Shown here: one piece after another, positions 48,675 to 61,600 of the stretch | How positions within the stretch are numbered: the first letter of the stretch is position 1 | Layout: every line of letters begins with the position of its first letter | Assembly (NCBI RefSeq): GCF_963921235.1 | Contig: NC_086097.1 | Coordinates: 144,152,001 to 144,216,000 of the forward strand | Direction: 5' to 3' | Origin: Mobula hypostoma | Taxonomy: Eukaryota | DNA: 64,000 nucleotides | Notes under the pieces: generated by a model | Database searches by the model: none | Told to the model about the DNA's origin: nothing | Seen by the model: the letters and a program-made list of their open reading frames with translations, nothing else | Position numbers and translations under genes: made by a program

Positions 48675-49510
48675 TCCTTTCTTTCTTTTCTTTTCCAATT
48701 TTTTAATTGATTTCTATATAGAAGAATACAGAGTCCAAGAGAATACATATTATAATACAAAGGAAAAAAATAATAATACCAGATACAGTATATTGAATCA
48801 CATTTATGAACTTCTTACTCTATATTCGTATAAATTAGATTAATTCGTATATTAGATATAAAAAACTTTATTTAAAAAAAAGATCTACACGCACTACCAA
48901 AGTCGAAGGTGTTTGGGAAAAAAAAGAAAAAAAAACATCAGATGATAAAATATGCTATTAACCAACTTCTGTACTTTAACAAGAAGTCAAAGATTATGAA
49001 AATAATTTAAAAACAGCCCACACAAATTTTGAAAACCTTGGTTAGATTCGGAAATTGAACAACGAATCTTTTTCTAAATTCAGGCATGCCATAACATCCT
49101 GTAACCACTGAGCATGATTAGATGGAAAAGCATCCTTCCATTTAAACAAAGGTGCCCTCCTAGCCATAAGAGAAATAAAAGCCAGAATGTGCAAATCAGA
49201 TGTCTTCAAAATGATATCTTTGCTTCCAACAATACCAAATAGAGCAGTCAAAGGATTAGGCTTAAAATTTACTTTAAAGAGTACAGAAAAAATTTGGAAT
49301 ACTTCCTTCCAATATTTTCAAAAACTTGGACACATCCAAAACATATGAATAAATGAAGCTTCTCCATTGTTACACCTATCACAGTAGGGAGATACATCCA
49401 TATAAAAACGAGATAACTTATCCTTGGTCATATAAACCCTATGAATCACTTTAAATTGTAGGAGGGAATGATGAGCACATAACGATGAAGTATTAACCAA
49501 TTTAAATTCT
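48675..49510 (-). mobile_element. L1-clade LINE 3' end
   Basis: SLLQFKVIHRVY..CDRCNNGEASFIHMFWMCP (CCHC), ARRAPLFKWK, then an AT-rich 3' UTR and A-rich tail. Confidence 0.88.
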
Positions 49511-51346
49511 TTCTAATAATTTCTTTGTATTGAGTTACTTTATTGAACAAAGATTTTCTTTTCCCAGCCTCCCCTTAATAAAATAAACTATAAAAAAGAA
49601 AGCCTAATCCTCAAGCCCATGTTACAACCATTCAGCTCTTTTAAAAGGTGCTAATTTGGCACTTGTCTATTCTTGTTCTCTCACAACATCCATGCACAGG
49701 TGCTTTCCAGTGTGGGTTGTAGTGCAACAGAGCATCAACTAGTTAGAGACTGATCTGTTCTCATTGTCTACCTTATCCCAGGGCACTGAGGCCATTTGTA
49801 GTTCTCTAACTCCTAGAGTAAACTGGGTGCTGAATATATGAAATTGGGATGTTCTGTCTATTGATACAATTTGTAGATGTTGAATGTTTCTGTTTGTCTT
49901 TCTCATTCTCCGTGGATCATTTGGCACATAAACAAATGAGTAGGAAAAAGCAGATGAAAAACAGAAGTTAGAGCTAAAATAAGCAAGGATGTAAACAATG
50001 AAATGGCATTCTGTTAATGCCTAGAGTAAGGATCTATTGGGCCTGCGTGTGGTGAGAATGAGCTGACTAGCTCAAGGACCCCCACATGATATCTGCCTCA
50101 AACATGAACAGTACTTAAAATAGAAATTTTACTTCAGATAGGTGGAGAACATCTCAGGAGAATCATATTAACACTTACTAACTCATCCTAATACTATTTT
50201 CAACTGTGCAATGCCTATTTGTGGAAGTTGCATAGAGAAATTTATAAAGCCTAGATTCTTGCAACATGTTCAGGATCAGTTGAACTGATCTTATTGCCAT
50301 CAACCCACTTCACCCCTGGTTTTTAAGTATAGTTTATGATCTGTGGCAATTGCAATGTTTCTTTATTTGTCTACATCATTGGAGAGCCTTTAAGTTGTCC
50401 TTATTAGTGAACAGCTCATCAGTCATCCCCACTGCTGTGCTGAATTTGTTTAACGAGACAAGGGTTAGCAGATACCACTCATGAGCACCCACAGACTCAC
50501 AGAGTTGTACAGCACGGAACAAGGAACTTTGGTCCACCCCAGAAATGTTGCCAGCAGCAGCAGCAGTGCAATCCACCCAAAATGTTGACATTTCCTTTCC
50601 TCCCACTGATGCTGCTAGACCAGCTCAGTTTCTCCAGCAGATTGTTTGTTGATCTTTTATACCTACCTGAAGGGAAAGGTAGGACTGAGTGTTAACAAAA
50701 GATGACATCCACCTCTCTTTCATTATTGTACTTAAAGTTCAACATACACTCTTTTGCTTAAGATACTGAAATATGACCTACTCCCTAATTTCAGACTTGG
50801 GCAAAAGTGCTACCAAGAGAGCCACAACAAACATTTTCATTAAAGAAAAGTCCCACATTTTTACACAGCTTTCTATTAACCTGATAATAAACCTGATAAT
50901 AAACCTGATTCTGATTCTGAGTTGATAATACACCAGTTGTTCAGTCAGAAAATTGGGAACTGGTGAAAACAGCTTCTAATTTGTGGTTTCTGTATATGGC
51001 AGAGTATTAAGATATTAGACACATAAAAAATAGTTGTCAGGCACAAAAAAAAAACAAGCTGGTGTTAGCACTCTGCATGAAAAACATCCTGAAGTTTCCC
51101 TGAAGGTATGGTCTTCACTTATAAAATGCTGAATTTTGTCAGAGCTGCTTCTTCCCTCTTAGTTTATGAAATCATGGAATGTAGGGGGTGATTCTGAAGC
51201 ATGTAGGACTCCTTGCTGTAATGCTTTGATGCTTTGATTATTTGTTTAAAAGGTGAGGCATTCATTTATAATCTTCTGTTTGTCTCACTTCAGCAAAGCA
51301 ATCATAACTGGAATATTCAAATTAAAAAGGATCACTTTTATTATCC

Positions 51347-51510
51347 ACAAACAACAGGAATTCTGCAGATGCTGGAAATTCAAGCAACACACATCAAAGT
51401 TGCTGGTGAACGCAGCAGGTGAAGGGTCTCGGCCTGAAACGTCGACTGCACCTCTTCCTACAGATGCTGCCTGGCCTGCTGCGTTCACCAGCAACTTTGA
51501 TGTGTGTGTT
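51347..51510. mobile_element. Penelope-like fold-back mini-insertion
   Basis: 13-bp TSD ACTTTTATTATCC at 51334-51346 and 51511-51523; perfect 33-bp inverted arms 51387-51419 / 51475-51507. Confidence 0.88.
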
Positions 51511-52761
51511 ACTTTTATTATCCTTTGTATCTGACGAACACTTTAAAGTTTTCTTTTTCAATTGTTGTTTAGATTCATCTCAGTATTTTTCACCATCTTC
51601 AAAGTTCACTACTCTTCTCAAAAAAAAACCATACTGTAGACTTATGCTGCAGCCTTACAAAAGGGCTATATTGTATCCCAGGTCACAGGATACCTGTGCT
51701 GAGGAGAAAAATTGGTTGCAAGTGGCAATGTCAAACTCTATAATAATGCTAATGTTTTACTAAAGTGGGAGATTCCTGCACGAATGATTAAGACCCAAAG
51801 CCAGATTGCCATAAGGACTAGTTCTTTATCAACAGGGGTTGTGTACAAACTTGATCTAAATTTGCTGGAACAGCAGGCTTTGGCTGTTCAAAGTAAGTAA
51901 TTTGTATAGAAGTTGAAGAAACAAACTGCAAGCATTTATTCCTTCAATGTAGATTGGAAAGAAACCTGCATATTAGATAGGTGGGCAATTTAAATACTTT
52001 AATGGATATGTGTCATCTTCATCATTAACATTGGGCAGTAATTCTAACAGGATTGCTCACAAGAGACAAATATTTACTATGCACTTGTGGACATTTCAAA
52101 ATAAGGGTTTAAAGATCACAGTACAAAATGGTTTCTAAGGTTATTATCTAGCAGGTTGGAAGCTGTATGACTGCACCCAAATTCATTTTGAGGGAAATGC
52201 TTACCACCGATAGAAAACCTACCATGTAGAGACAATGTAGTTTGTAATTAACTATTGGCAGTCTACCTAACAGGAAACAGAAGATTTTTTTAAAAATTCA
52301 AGATCTGCATATAATTGACACACCATAAATTATCCTTGGGAAACTAAGAGTGGTCTGTCGTCAGGTTATTCTGCAAACTATATGATGCAAATGTTGCAGC
52401 AATGAGGGTAGGTTTTAACCCAGGAACAGTCCCAGTTTATGCCCAAGAATGGCCAGTAAATTAGAGTAAGTTAGAGATGAAGGTGATCCTAACAACTGCT
52501 GTCCTTAACTTTTGTGAAGTGGGTGATAATGCTAAAGAAATCTTGGTGATGTTCTACATATAATACAACAGGAGAAACACAAACATCGACATGTAAATGC
52601 TGACCTTATTAATACTGTCCATATCCAAAAAGTGGACGTTGGAATGATCCATTGGTAAGACCATTCCAGCTGCTTGGTCTTTCCGAAAGTATGGAGCAAT
52701 GGCCAAGCAGTTTGGTGACACTGAAAAGAAGCAAGTTGATTGCTGATAAAAGCTGATTTTT

Positions 52762-53200
52762 AGAATCATAGAGTTGTAGAACACTACAGCACAGGAACAG
52801 GTACTTCAGCCCATCTACTCAGTGCCGAACTATTAATCTGCCCAATCCCATTGACGTGCACCTGGACCTTCGCCCTCCATACCCCTCCCATCCATTTACC
52901 TATCCAATTTCTCCAAAATGTTGAAACTGAAACCACATCCACCATTTCTGCAGGCAGCTCGATCCACTCTCACCACCCTCTGAGTGAAGAATGCCCCCCT
53001 CATGTTCCCCTTAAACATTTCACATTTCACCCTTAACCCATCACCTCAAGTTCCAGTCTCAACCAACCTCAGTGAAAAAAAACCTGCTTACATTTACCTA
53101 TCTATACCCCTCATAATTTTGTACACCTCTATCAAATCTCCCCTGATTTTCCTGTGTTCTAGGAAAATTAAGTGCTAACCTGTTGAACCTTTCCTGTAAC
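52762..53200 (-). mobile_element. CR1 3' end
   Basis: Homologous to 8830-9075 and 63675-64000; GDLIEVYKIMRGIDR on the minus strand. Confidence 0.85.
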
Positions 53201-54149
53201 ATCTGCTTTACAAGTGCAAGCAAAGTGGTACAGTGGATTCATCATTCCTCACTTAAACAACTCTTAAAAGTGACAAAGGTGACATGGACTAAAGGGTAGG
53301 AATACAGTTGAAGATCTCCAGTATGGTTTAGCCACTTCAGGAGACAATTGGAAAGAAAGCAATGGAAAAAGCTTATTGATTTACTTTCACACCTGTTTAA
53401 CAGGCTATACAAATCTATCTGGAACAAAACAGCTTTTGGCAAGTCATTGTTGACTTATGGATCACAATTAAAATGTAATACTGGTTATATTCCTGCATCC
53501 CACAAATAGATGGAGATGTTTTTTATATTCCACCTAAGCTATTTGAGTCTTTACATTCAGGTTTTCGAAATTTTCAAAATAAAAGATAATAATGTAAATG
53601 ATGAAGGTATTGATTAGATGTACAAATCCAACTCTTCACTGATACTAGTTTAGGAAAGAAAGAATATGTGCCATTCATACACAGTCTATCTTCTATATGA
53701 CTCCAGTCTCATCCATGTATGATTAACTCAGAATTGAGCCCTGACTGTCCTTGCAAACTAGTCAGCTCTACAAATGACCAGTAATGTCAGAGCCACTCAT
53801 ATGCCAAGAATGGATAAATCAAAGTCTATTTCAGGGTGTCATTGAATGTGTCCAGTTACCATAATTATGGGGAGTAGGATATTGTGAACAGTTAATCTAG
53901 CAATAGTTTAAGTTCAATAGTGATGTTTGTGTAGAGTGCAAGAAGAAAAGCCAACAGTGATTGGAGCTTTAAGTTTTGTAAAGAAACTAGAAACTAGAGC
54001 TCTCTTCAATGGGTTGCAAATGCCATCAGAAGAAGTACTCGGTATTAGGAAACATTTTTTAAGAATAAGGATTGAGGTAAATTGAAAAAAATATTTAAAT
54101 TGAATATTGAGTTTGAAAAGTATTGAATATGATATACTACTACTAAAAA

Positions 54150-55092
54150 CATCTTTACTTCTCCCCCACCACTCTCTGCTTTCTACAGTGATCACTCTCT
54201 ATCTTACTCTCTTGTCCAATTGTTCCTCCCCATGGAGCTCCCTCCTGGCACTTATTCCTGCACTTCCTTCTGGGACAAGTACTATACCTCTCCCTCCACC
54301 TCCTCCCTCAACACCGGTCAGGGCCCCAAAAAGCCTTTCCAAATGAGACGATTCTTCACCTGTGAGTCTGCTGGCACTGTCTACTGTATCCAGCACTTCC
54401 ACAGCAGCCTCCTTTAATTTGGTGAGACCTGACTTAGATTGGGGGACAGCTTTGTTGAGCATCTTTGCTATGTCCACCACAAAAAGTGGGATTTTCACGT
54501 GTCCACCAACTTCAATTTGACTTCCCATTCCCGTTCCAAAATGTTGGTCAATAGCCTCTGCTATGGCCATGATGAGACCTCTCTCAGTTTGGAAGAGCAA
54601 TGACTCATAGTCCACCTGGGTAGCCTCCAACCTGATGGCATGAACATTGATTTCTCTACCTTTCAGTCATTTTTTTCCCCTTTCTTTTTCCATTCCCCAT
54701 TCTGGCTCCCAACTTAACCCTTCTCTTCTCCCCACTTAACAATCATCTCCCTATGGTGCCCCTCCTTCTTCCCTTTCTCCCATGGTTTACTGTCATCTCC
54801 TTTCAGATTTCTTTACATCCTTGACCTATCATCTACCAACTTCTCACTTCATCTCCCCTCCCCCACCCACCCACCTTCCTCCTCATCTGGTTTCACTTAT
54901 CACCTGCCGGCTTGTACTCCTTCTTCTCCCTCCCATTCTTTTTCTTTCTTCCTTCGAGTGCTGATAACAGTATTGGTCTGAAATGACAACTGTTTATTCC
55001 TCTCCATAGATGTTGCCTGATCTTCTTGAGTTCCTCCAGCATTGTGTATGCTTTCCTCAGTATCTCTAGCATCTGCAGAATCTCTTGTGTTT
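54150..55092 (+). mobile_element. Penelope-like element 3' part (GIY-YIG endonuclease + terminal repeat), degenerate
   Basis: QGPKKPFQMRRFFTCESAGTVYCI, GET-LRLGDSFVEH, LEEQ-LIVHLGSLQPDGMNIDF; pyrimidine-rich spacer; terminal repeat with a decayed hammerhead. Confidence 0.85.
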
Positions 55093-56964
55093 AAGTGATT
55101 GCAGTGAAGTCTGTTATTATTTCCAATTTTCATTTTTGGCATTTCATGTTTATCATTTTCTAAATAACTGTGGTTATAACTTAAAGCAAATTATGATTTA
55201 GTAATTAATCAAATTATGGCAAAAATATTGAAGATCCTTATCCCCCCGCTTACCCTTTCCCAGCCACATATGAATGGCAGTTGTTTTTAATATGCAAATT
55301 ATATGTGAAACTTCAGAAACAAAAATATATGCCTTTTATTGCAAATTACAGACATGAATAACTTGGAAACTTATGTTTAAATTCCTTGTGACTTTTATAT
55401 CTCTTTTATTTACTTACTAATTGTTCACTAAATGCAGCAGAAATTAAGTCAAGTGGTTAACAATATGACAATTCTTAGGAACAGTCAGTCAACCTTCAAG
55501 TGAATGATTAAATGTACAGTTTCACATTTTTTAAAACTTTTGAGATGCTGTCAGAGATGTGAGATGGTATTTCTTGGAAGTTATGAACCTCCAGGCTTTG
55601 GTACTCCAGTGCCCTGTAGATGTGCATTTACCTGCAGTTGATCTTTCAGATGCATCAAGATGTTGTTGAGCTGCTGGATGAGGCATCACAGAGCATTAAT
55701 ACCAAGGCCTGGTGAGCAAAATGCTTTGGTAGCTGTTGAAAGTGCCCAGACCTACTGGTTGGCAAAAAATGCAAGGAATTTGAATGCTAGTGAATGTGTC
55801 AGATATTCAAAAACATCTGAATGAAAACTAAAATGAACCACTATCAAAACATTTATCTTAATAAATAAAAGCACTTGAAACTATCAACTGGATGTCCATT
55901 CTGAAAATACGGTAGCTGGGGCTAGAGTACTTGAAATATTGAAGTGGCACAGTGTCATAATTTCAAAGGATTAGTTGGACTGGTAGTCTCAGGGCCGGAA
56001 GAAATCAATTCTAGGTGCGGGCTGAAGTGATTGTTCCCCACTGACTATTCTTTCCTATCAATGTTTTTTTCACTTAACATTTTCTCCTTCAAATCTCTCA
56101 TGGACCTTATCTGTCATTCTCTTCTCCTCTAACCACTTCCTGCACCTTAATACCTGCCTAATCTCCAACTGATCAGTTCATCTCTAGGCTCCTCACTCCT
56201 AATAATACTGTCCTTGGCTGTCTGTGAATTCTGTCTGTGTTTCAGATGCCATTTCTCTCTTTTCCTACCAAAACGTCGTAGCAGTGCTGAAACCTCTGAT
56301 GTGTTTGCATTTGCATTCTCAATTGGTTGCACTATTTGCAGTTTTACACCTTCTTCCTTGGCTTAATGTTGTGTTAATGATCAATTTGCCCGTCTATGAA
56401 AATGATTCTTGCAGTCGCACGGCTGCCAGACTTCTTCAGGTACACTGAGTCTTTGCTTGGGAGATGAAATATTCAAGGTCCATTTTCATAGTTTGCAAAG
56501 TATTCACAAGGTAACGAGAGAATGCTTCTCTTAAAGATGCAACATTATTAGATTTCTGATATTCTTTGCTAATTGTAATATATCCTCAGGTGGACCTTGA
56601 ATACAGCTGCTGTAAATTCTGTTTTTAATAAGAGTTTTAGCATGGAAGATCACAAACAATGGTGTTTCTTTTCCTTCTTGGGCCTTAACTTCCAGTGGAG
56701 CATATGCCATCAATGACCTCTGATCGCCATCATCCAAAGTCGATGATTTGGTTGGAGTTCATCAATGTTTCTGTTATCCATTGTACTCTCTGTACAGCGG
56801 ATTGGTCTATACTGCCTCACCAGAACCCTGTCGGCCAGACTTACTCATTTTCACCTCTCACGAACTGGACATAAGGTTGGACTTTGAGAGGCCAACAAGT
56901 TTACTTTAACACAAATGACAAAGAGCTTGCTTATTTCTTCACAGGAATGAAGTTATCACTGGCA

Positions 56965-57122
56965 ATAAAAAAATGAACACTACCTCACTACTTTGCTTTC
57001 TTCTTGCACTATTAATATTTTTTATATTCTTATTGTAATTGATAGTAATCTTACATATCGCACTGTACTGCTGCTGACAGGCGAGATTTATCAGTGATAA
57101 TCAACCTAATTCTGATTCTGAT
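56965..57122 (+). repeat. Rex-type 3' UTR/tail remnant
   Basis: GCACTGTACTGCTGC...GTGATAATCAACCTAATTCTGATTCTGA. Confidence 0.6.
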
Positions 57123-58235
57123 TTATTTTATTATCTTGAGTTCCCTTAGGAATGAGGAGTAAGGTAAATGCACAAGCCAGACCAGTAAAGTGGTCAGATT
57201 TTCTTCCCTGAAGAACAGTAGTAAATTAGATAAGTTTTTACGGCAGTCTGGTAGTTTCATGGTTTTTGTAACAAAGACTGCATTTTTAAGAATTCCAGGT
57301 TAATTTAATCATTTGACTATGGTGGGGTTTAACCTCATGTCTCTGCTAGTTCAGTAACTCTACCTGCTGGACCAGTAACTCTACCACCACACTCCAGTAC
57401 CCCTTACTGGGTGATGCTTGCCTCATGATTAGATGATTACATCCTCTCACCATATGACGTATTTGTATGAATGTCAAGAACACCAGAATTTCAAAGGTTA
57501 GTGGTGAATTTTCTCCTGCTCAATAATTATCCCACAATGAATATCACTGAAAACAAATAATCTTTCCTCTCCCAGTGTTGCTTGTATGACCTTTCTGATT
57601 CACAGGAATGACAAAACACATTGAATTTATGGTTTGGATATTATTTCACCAGTGGCATAACACATTGTCAATAAAATGAGCAATTGCTTTTCATTAGTGA
57701 ATGAAACTTGGCATGTCTTCTTTTTAATTCTGTACTCTGAAAGGGGTTGAATCATCATTTTGACATATGGAAATACGAAATGAAATTGACTGCACCTCCC
57801 TGGTTGTGGAACAGGTAAACAGAAAGTGCCGCAAGGAGAAAAAGGGCTGTGGAGTTAACAGAATAGAATGGGAACCGCAGAAACTCAAAATGTAGGACTA
57901 ATCTTAGCAAACTCTTTTGTACTTTTTCAGCCCACATGATTTTATCTTTCTTGGTTTTATCTGTAGATAAAACTGCACCAGAACTCATGGCAGATTATCT
58001 AATGGAAATAGGAGAAAGGAGATAAGGAAAATTTGTTATTATTGTTAATGACCCTGGAGAAGCTTGTGGGAACCCATTTTTCTGGATCACTGAAGTTCTT
58101 CTGATGAAGGTTCTCACACAATTTGGTTGTGTTGGGAAAATCAGGGTACAGACATGGCCACAGTGAAGGGTTGGCAATGCATTTCCAAGTCAGGATGCTT
58201 GTATGTTGGAGTAGAACCATGAGATGATGATGTAC

Positions 58236-58685
58236 AAACACATATCAAAGATGCTGGTGAACGCAGCATCTCTGGGAAGAGGTACAGTCGACGTTTCGGG
58301 CTGAGACCCTTCATCAGGACTAACTGAAAGAAGAGCTAGTAAGAGATTTGAAAGTGGGAGGAGAAGGGGGAGATCCAAAATGATAGGAGAAGACAGGAGG
58401 GGGGGTGGAGGGATGGAGCCAAGAGCTGGACAGGTGATTGGCAAAAAGGGATATGAGAGGATCATGGGACAGGAGGCCCAGGGAGAAAGAAAAGGGGGGG
58501 GAACCCAGAGGATGGGCAAGGGGTATAGAGAGAGGGACAGAGGGAAAAAAAGGAGAGAGAGAGAAAGAATGTGTGTATATAAATAAATAACGGATGGGGT
58601 ACGAGGGGGAGGTGAGGCACTAGTGTAAGTTTGAGAAGTCAATGTTCATGCCATCAGGTTGGAGTCTACCCAGACGGGATATAAT
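58236..58685 (-). mobile_element. Penelope-like element 3' end with terminal repeat
   Basis: Minus translation SRLGRLQPDGMNIDFSN, purine/pyrimidine-skewed spacer, terminal repeat with an intact hammerhead. Confidence 0.88.
58286..58321 (-). ncRNA. Minimal type I hammerhead ribozyme motif
   Basis: AGUC-CUGAUGA-A-GGGU(CUCA)GCCC-GAAA-C-GUC^GACU; all core nucleotides present. Confidence 0.82.
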
Positions 58686-61600
58686 GTAGACCTGCACCTG
58701 CTGCTCTTGTGTTTTTAGTTGTGGAGCTTATGGTAGTGTAGCCTTGATGAGTTACTGCCGTGCTTTTTGTAGATGTTATTCATTGCAACCACAGTGCAAT
58801 GGTGCAGAGAGAATGAATGTTTAGGTGGTGAATAAGGTACTGATCAAATGGACTACTTTGTCTTGGATGTTAATGACCTTCACGGGAATTGTTGGAGTTG
58901 CACTCATCCAGGCAAACCTGTGCCCTAGATTAGTCAAATGCCACTGGATACCTGATTTCTGACTTGTTCTTGTAGCCCCAATTTGACGTAGTTGGTCCAG
59001 ATTCATTTCTATTCTGTGGTGACCCTTCCTTCAGGATGTTGATGATGAGGAACTCGGTAAGGCCAAGACCATTGAATGCCAACATCATATAGCTAGTCTT
59101 CTTGTTGTTCACATAGTCATTGCCTGCGACTCATGCAATGTGAATGTCACCCGATATCTGAGTGTTGGCTAGGTCTGTGAACTAGTTCATTGTGCATGAA
59201 CACTGAACATTATCACCAAACATCTGGAGTTCTAAACTTGAGAACAGATAGAAAGTAATTTGTGAACCAGTTGAAGGTGAGAAAGCTGCCATCATGAAAG
59301 TTCAAATACAGACTTGCCCACGAGGATTATTCATAGCCACCTCCTTTACACTGGGGCCACTAGCTACCTGCTTGACCATAGTCACGTGGGAAACACAGCA
59401 TGGTAGGAGAAGCAGGCACATGAAAATAAAGCACCAAGGGAATACTAGAGGGGTGATTCATCAACTGTTTATAAACTTAAACTTAATTATATGGATGATA
59501 ATGTTCAATTGCTTGATTTTGTCTTCTGTGGTTTGTCTGGAAGGGTTTCTCATGACGATCAGCTGTAGTCTCTTTATTCATCATTCACATCTGCTGGTCA
59601 TTGCTGGGACCTCAGTAGCAGCTTCTCCTCATTGTGGTTTTCCCTCAACAGTAGTGAGGAACTTCACCTGACTTGACGTAGTGAATGTGCTGACGGAACT
59701 GGCTGCTTGTTGCCAGTTCAAATGGTCTGGTAGAATTGCAGTTTATACTGGATTACATTATTGGAATGGAAATGGGCATGACTGAGAGTGTGGCAGGCGG
59801 CTACACTTTCCACCAGTTCAGGTCAGCTTCGGGTGAATATGTGATCTGGGCAATATTAAATGCCAGCCTGTCTAGCTTCTGGATCAGGTAAATGGGGTGG
59901 GAGCAGAGATATAATCACAGCCCAAAGTGTCTGTTACACCCTCGAAAACAGATGCGACTGAGAGGGGCCGCATCAGGCAGACCTTTGTGTGGAAGCGTTG
60001 ATGGTGTTGATTTTCAGTGAATAAGGAACACTAATGATCTGTGTTGAGATGAAGTTTGCTGTGAAAGTGAAGACACTGTGAATGCTGACGCTGTCGAGTA
60101 TCTGGCAGTGAAGAACAGATGAGCCACTAAATGCAGGTGCCCTCTATCTCCAAGCATTTATGTGGTGTTGACAAGAGGATTGGCAGAAATAAAAAGTGTG
60201 CCCTAAACACAGGTGCTCTTTCATACAATTGCGGTCCCCTCTCTTTATCAGATACAATAAGCAGTTTGTAGCCAAACATACTAACCAATATTTTACCGAA
60301 AGTTTCTCATCAATTTTATGAAGGCCTTTAATTTAACTTTAATAGGAATGTTACTCACCTCTAAATACCTTTAGTGCACTTTGGTAAAAAATTGACTTGG
60401 CATTTAATAAAGTAAGTCCAATATCTTATCTCATAGAAGACAAGATGATAGGGGTCAAGGACCTCATACACTAATAATTCAATTGAGCTGAGAGAGGAGC
60501 TATTTCAGAGAGTGGCTAGTTTAAAATAATTGGATAGTAATACAAAAGAGTCTTTCAGGGACGTTGCAGAGTGCAGTGCACCCTCCCAAATGAAGTGGGA
60601 TGTCATTAAATGCCGCTGAAAACTTGCAAATAATAAACTGTCATCTATTGTCTTCATCAGCCAGTACTGAATGTGAGGAAGCTGGAGATAAGAATCCTTC
60701 TAGGAGCATCCTTTACCAGGGATACTTTCCTAGTCTCTTGCCTTTTCTTCTTCCAGTTATCATTCCATTTTTCTCATTCCAGAGTTAATTTGTTAGGGGT
60801 TTTGGAACTGAAACATGTGGCTATCTCTTCTCAGATCTCGAAAATCCAGCTGAAAAATACTTCTATTAATATCACACATTTCACATCTAAATCACTTTGC
60901 AGTCAATGAATTACCTCAAAATATACCTGTATAAGCAGAGCAGCCTGTTTTTCCACAATAAATTGATGAATGAACAATCAGGAGGTATATATGCAAGGGA
61001 AGCAGGATTTCAAAGGTGTACTCATGGAGGGGAGCCAATATTCACAATGTATTTTTAATTCACTCTTTTAATGTAAGTGCTATTGGCAAGTATGCAACTT
61101 GAGCCTACGTCTAGATATGACTGACTCCACTGCAGAGGACTGTGAAGAGTCAGCTGGGAATTCCACATAGACCAGATTATTTCTTTGTTGAAGTTAAATT
61201 AGAAAACTAAATGTTCTTCTCAATAATAACCTACTTCATGGTTACAGGTATTAGTTTTCTTTTTAGTTTACTGATTATTTAAATCTCATCAAAATTCTCG
61301 AACTGCCATTGTGAGGAATTGAATTGCTGGCTCTTTAGTGCAGGCCTCTGGATTACCTGTCACACCATTATACCCAGATGCAGGCTCTTCAACCATGAAA
61401 GGCTAAATATAATATGTCTGGAGTTTCTCCTTTAATTGAAGCTCTTTCCTCAACAAAGTTACAAAGCCCTATATGAATACACCGAAGTAAATATACTGTG
61501 CTTATTTCAAGTCCTCTTGTTAAGGTATTCATCAAAAAATCACTACACCATCAACATTAAGATATAGCAACTTGATACTGATGAGCTTCCTTTAAAAAAA

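Larger units (their letters stand above)
58180..59220 (-). mobile_element. Old LINE remnant (clade uncertain) hosting a PLE insertion
   Basis: ORF 58821-59006 FAWMSATPTIPVKVINIQDKVVHLI; related to 28200-28530. Confidence 0.5.

Noticed and set aside
50877..50920. AACCTGATAATA / ATTCTG short tandem repeats
   Set aside because: Matches the extreme 3' tail of Rex-type LINEs; an ordinary truncated insertion.
54199..54630. 143-aa minus-strand ORF
   Set aside because: Antisense shadow of the PLE GIY-YIG region.
54955..54995. Hammerhead in the PLE terminal repeat (also ~9600-9690, ~37465-37570, ~50570-50650)
   Set aside because: Core and stems too mutated to call a ribozyme; decayed repeat remnants only.
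58325..58620. Purine-rich, G-run-rich tract as a stand-alone regulatory element
   Set aside because: It is the normal low-complexity spacer of the PLE, mirrored at 54670-54955.
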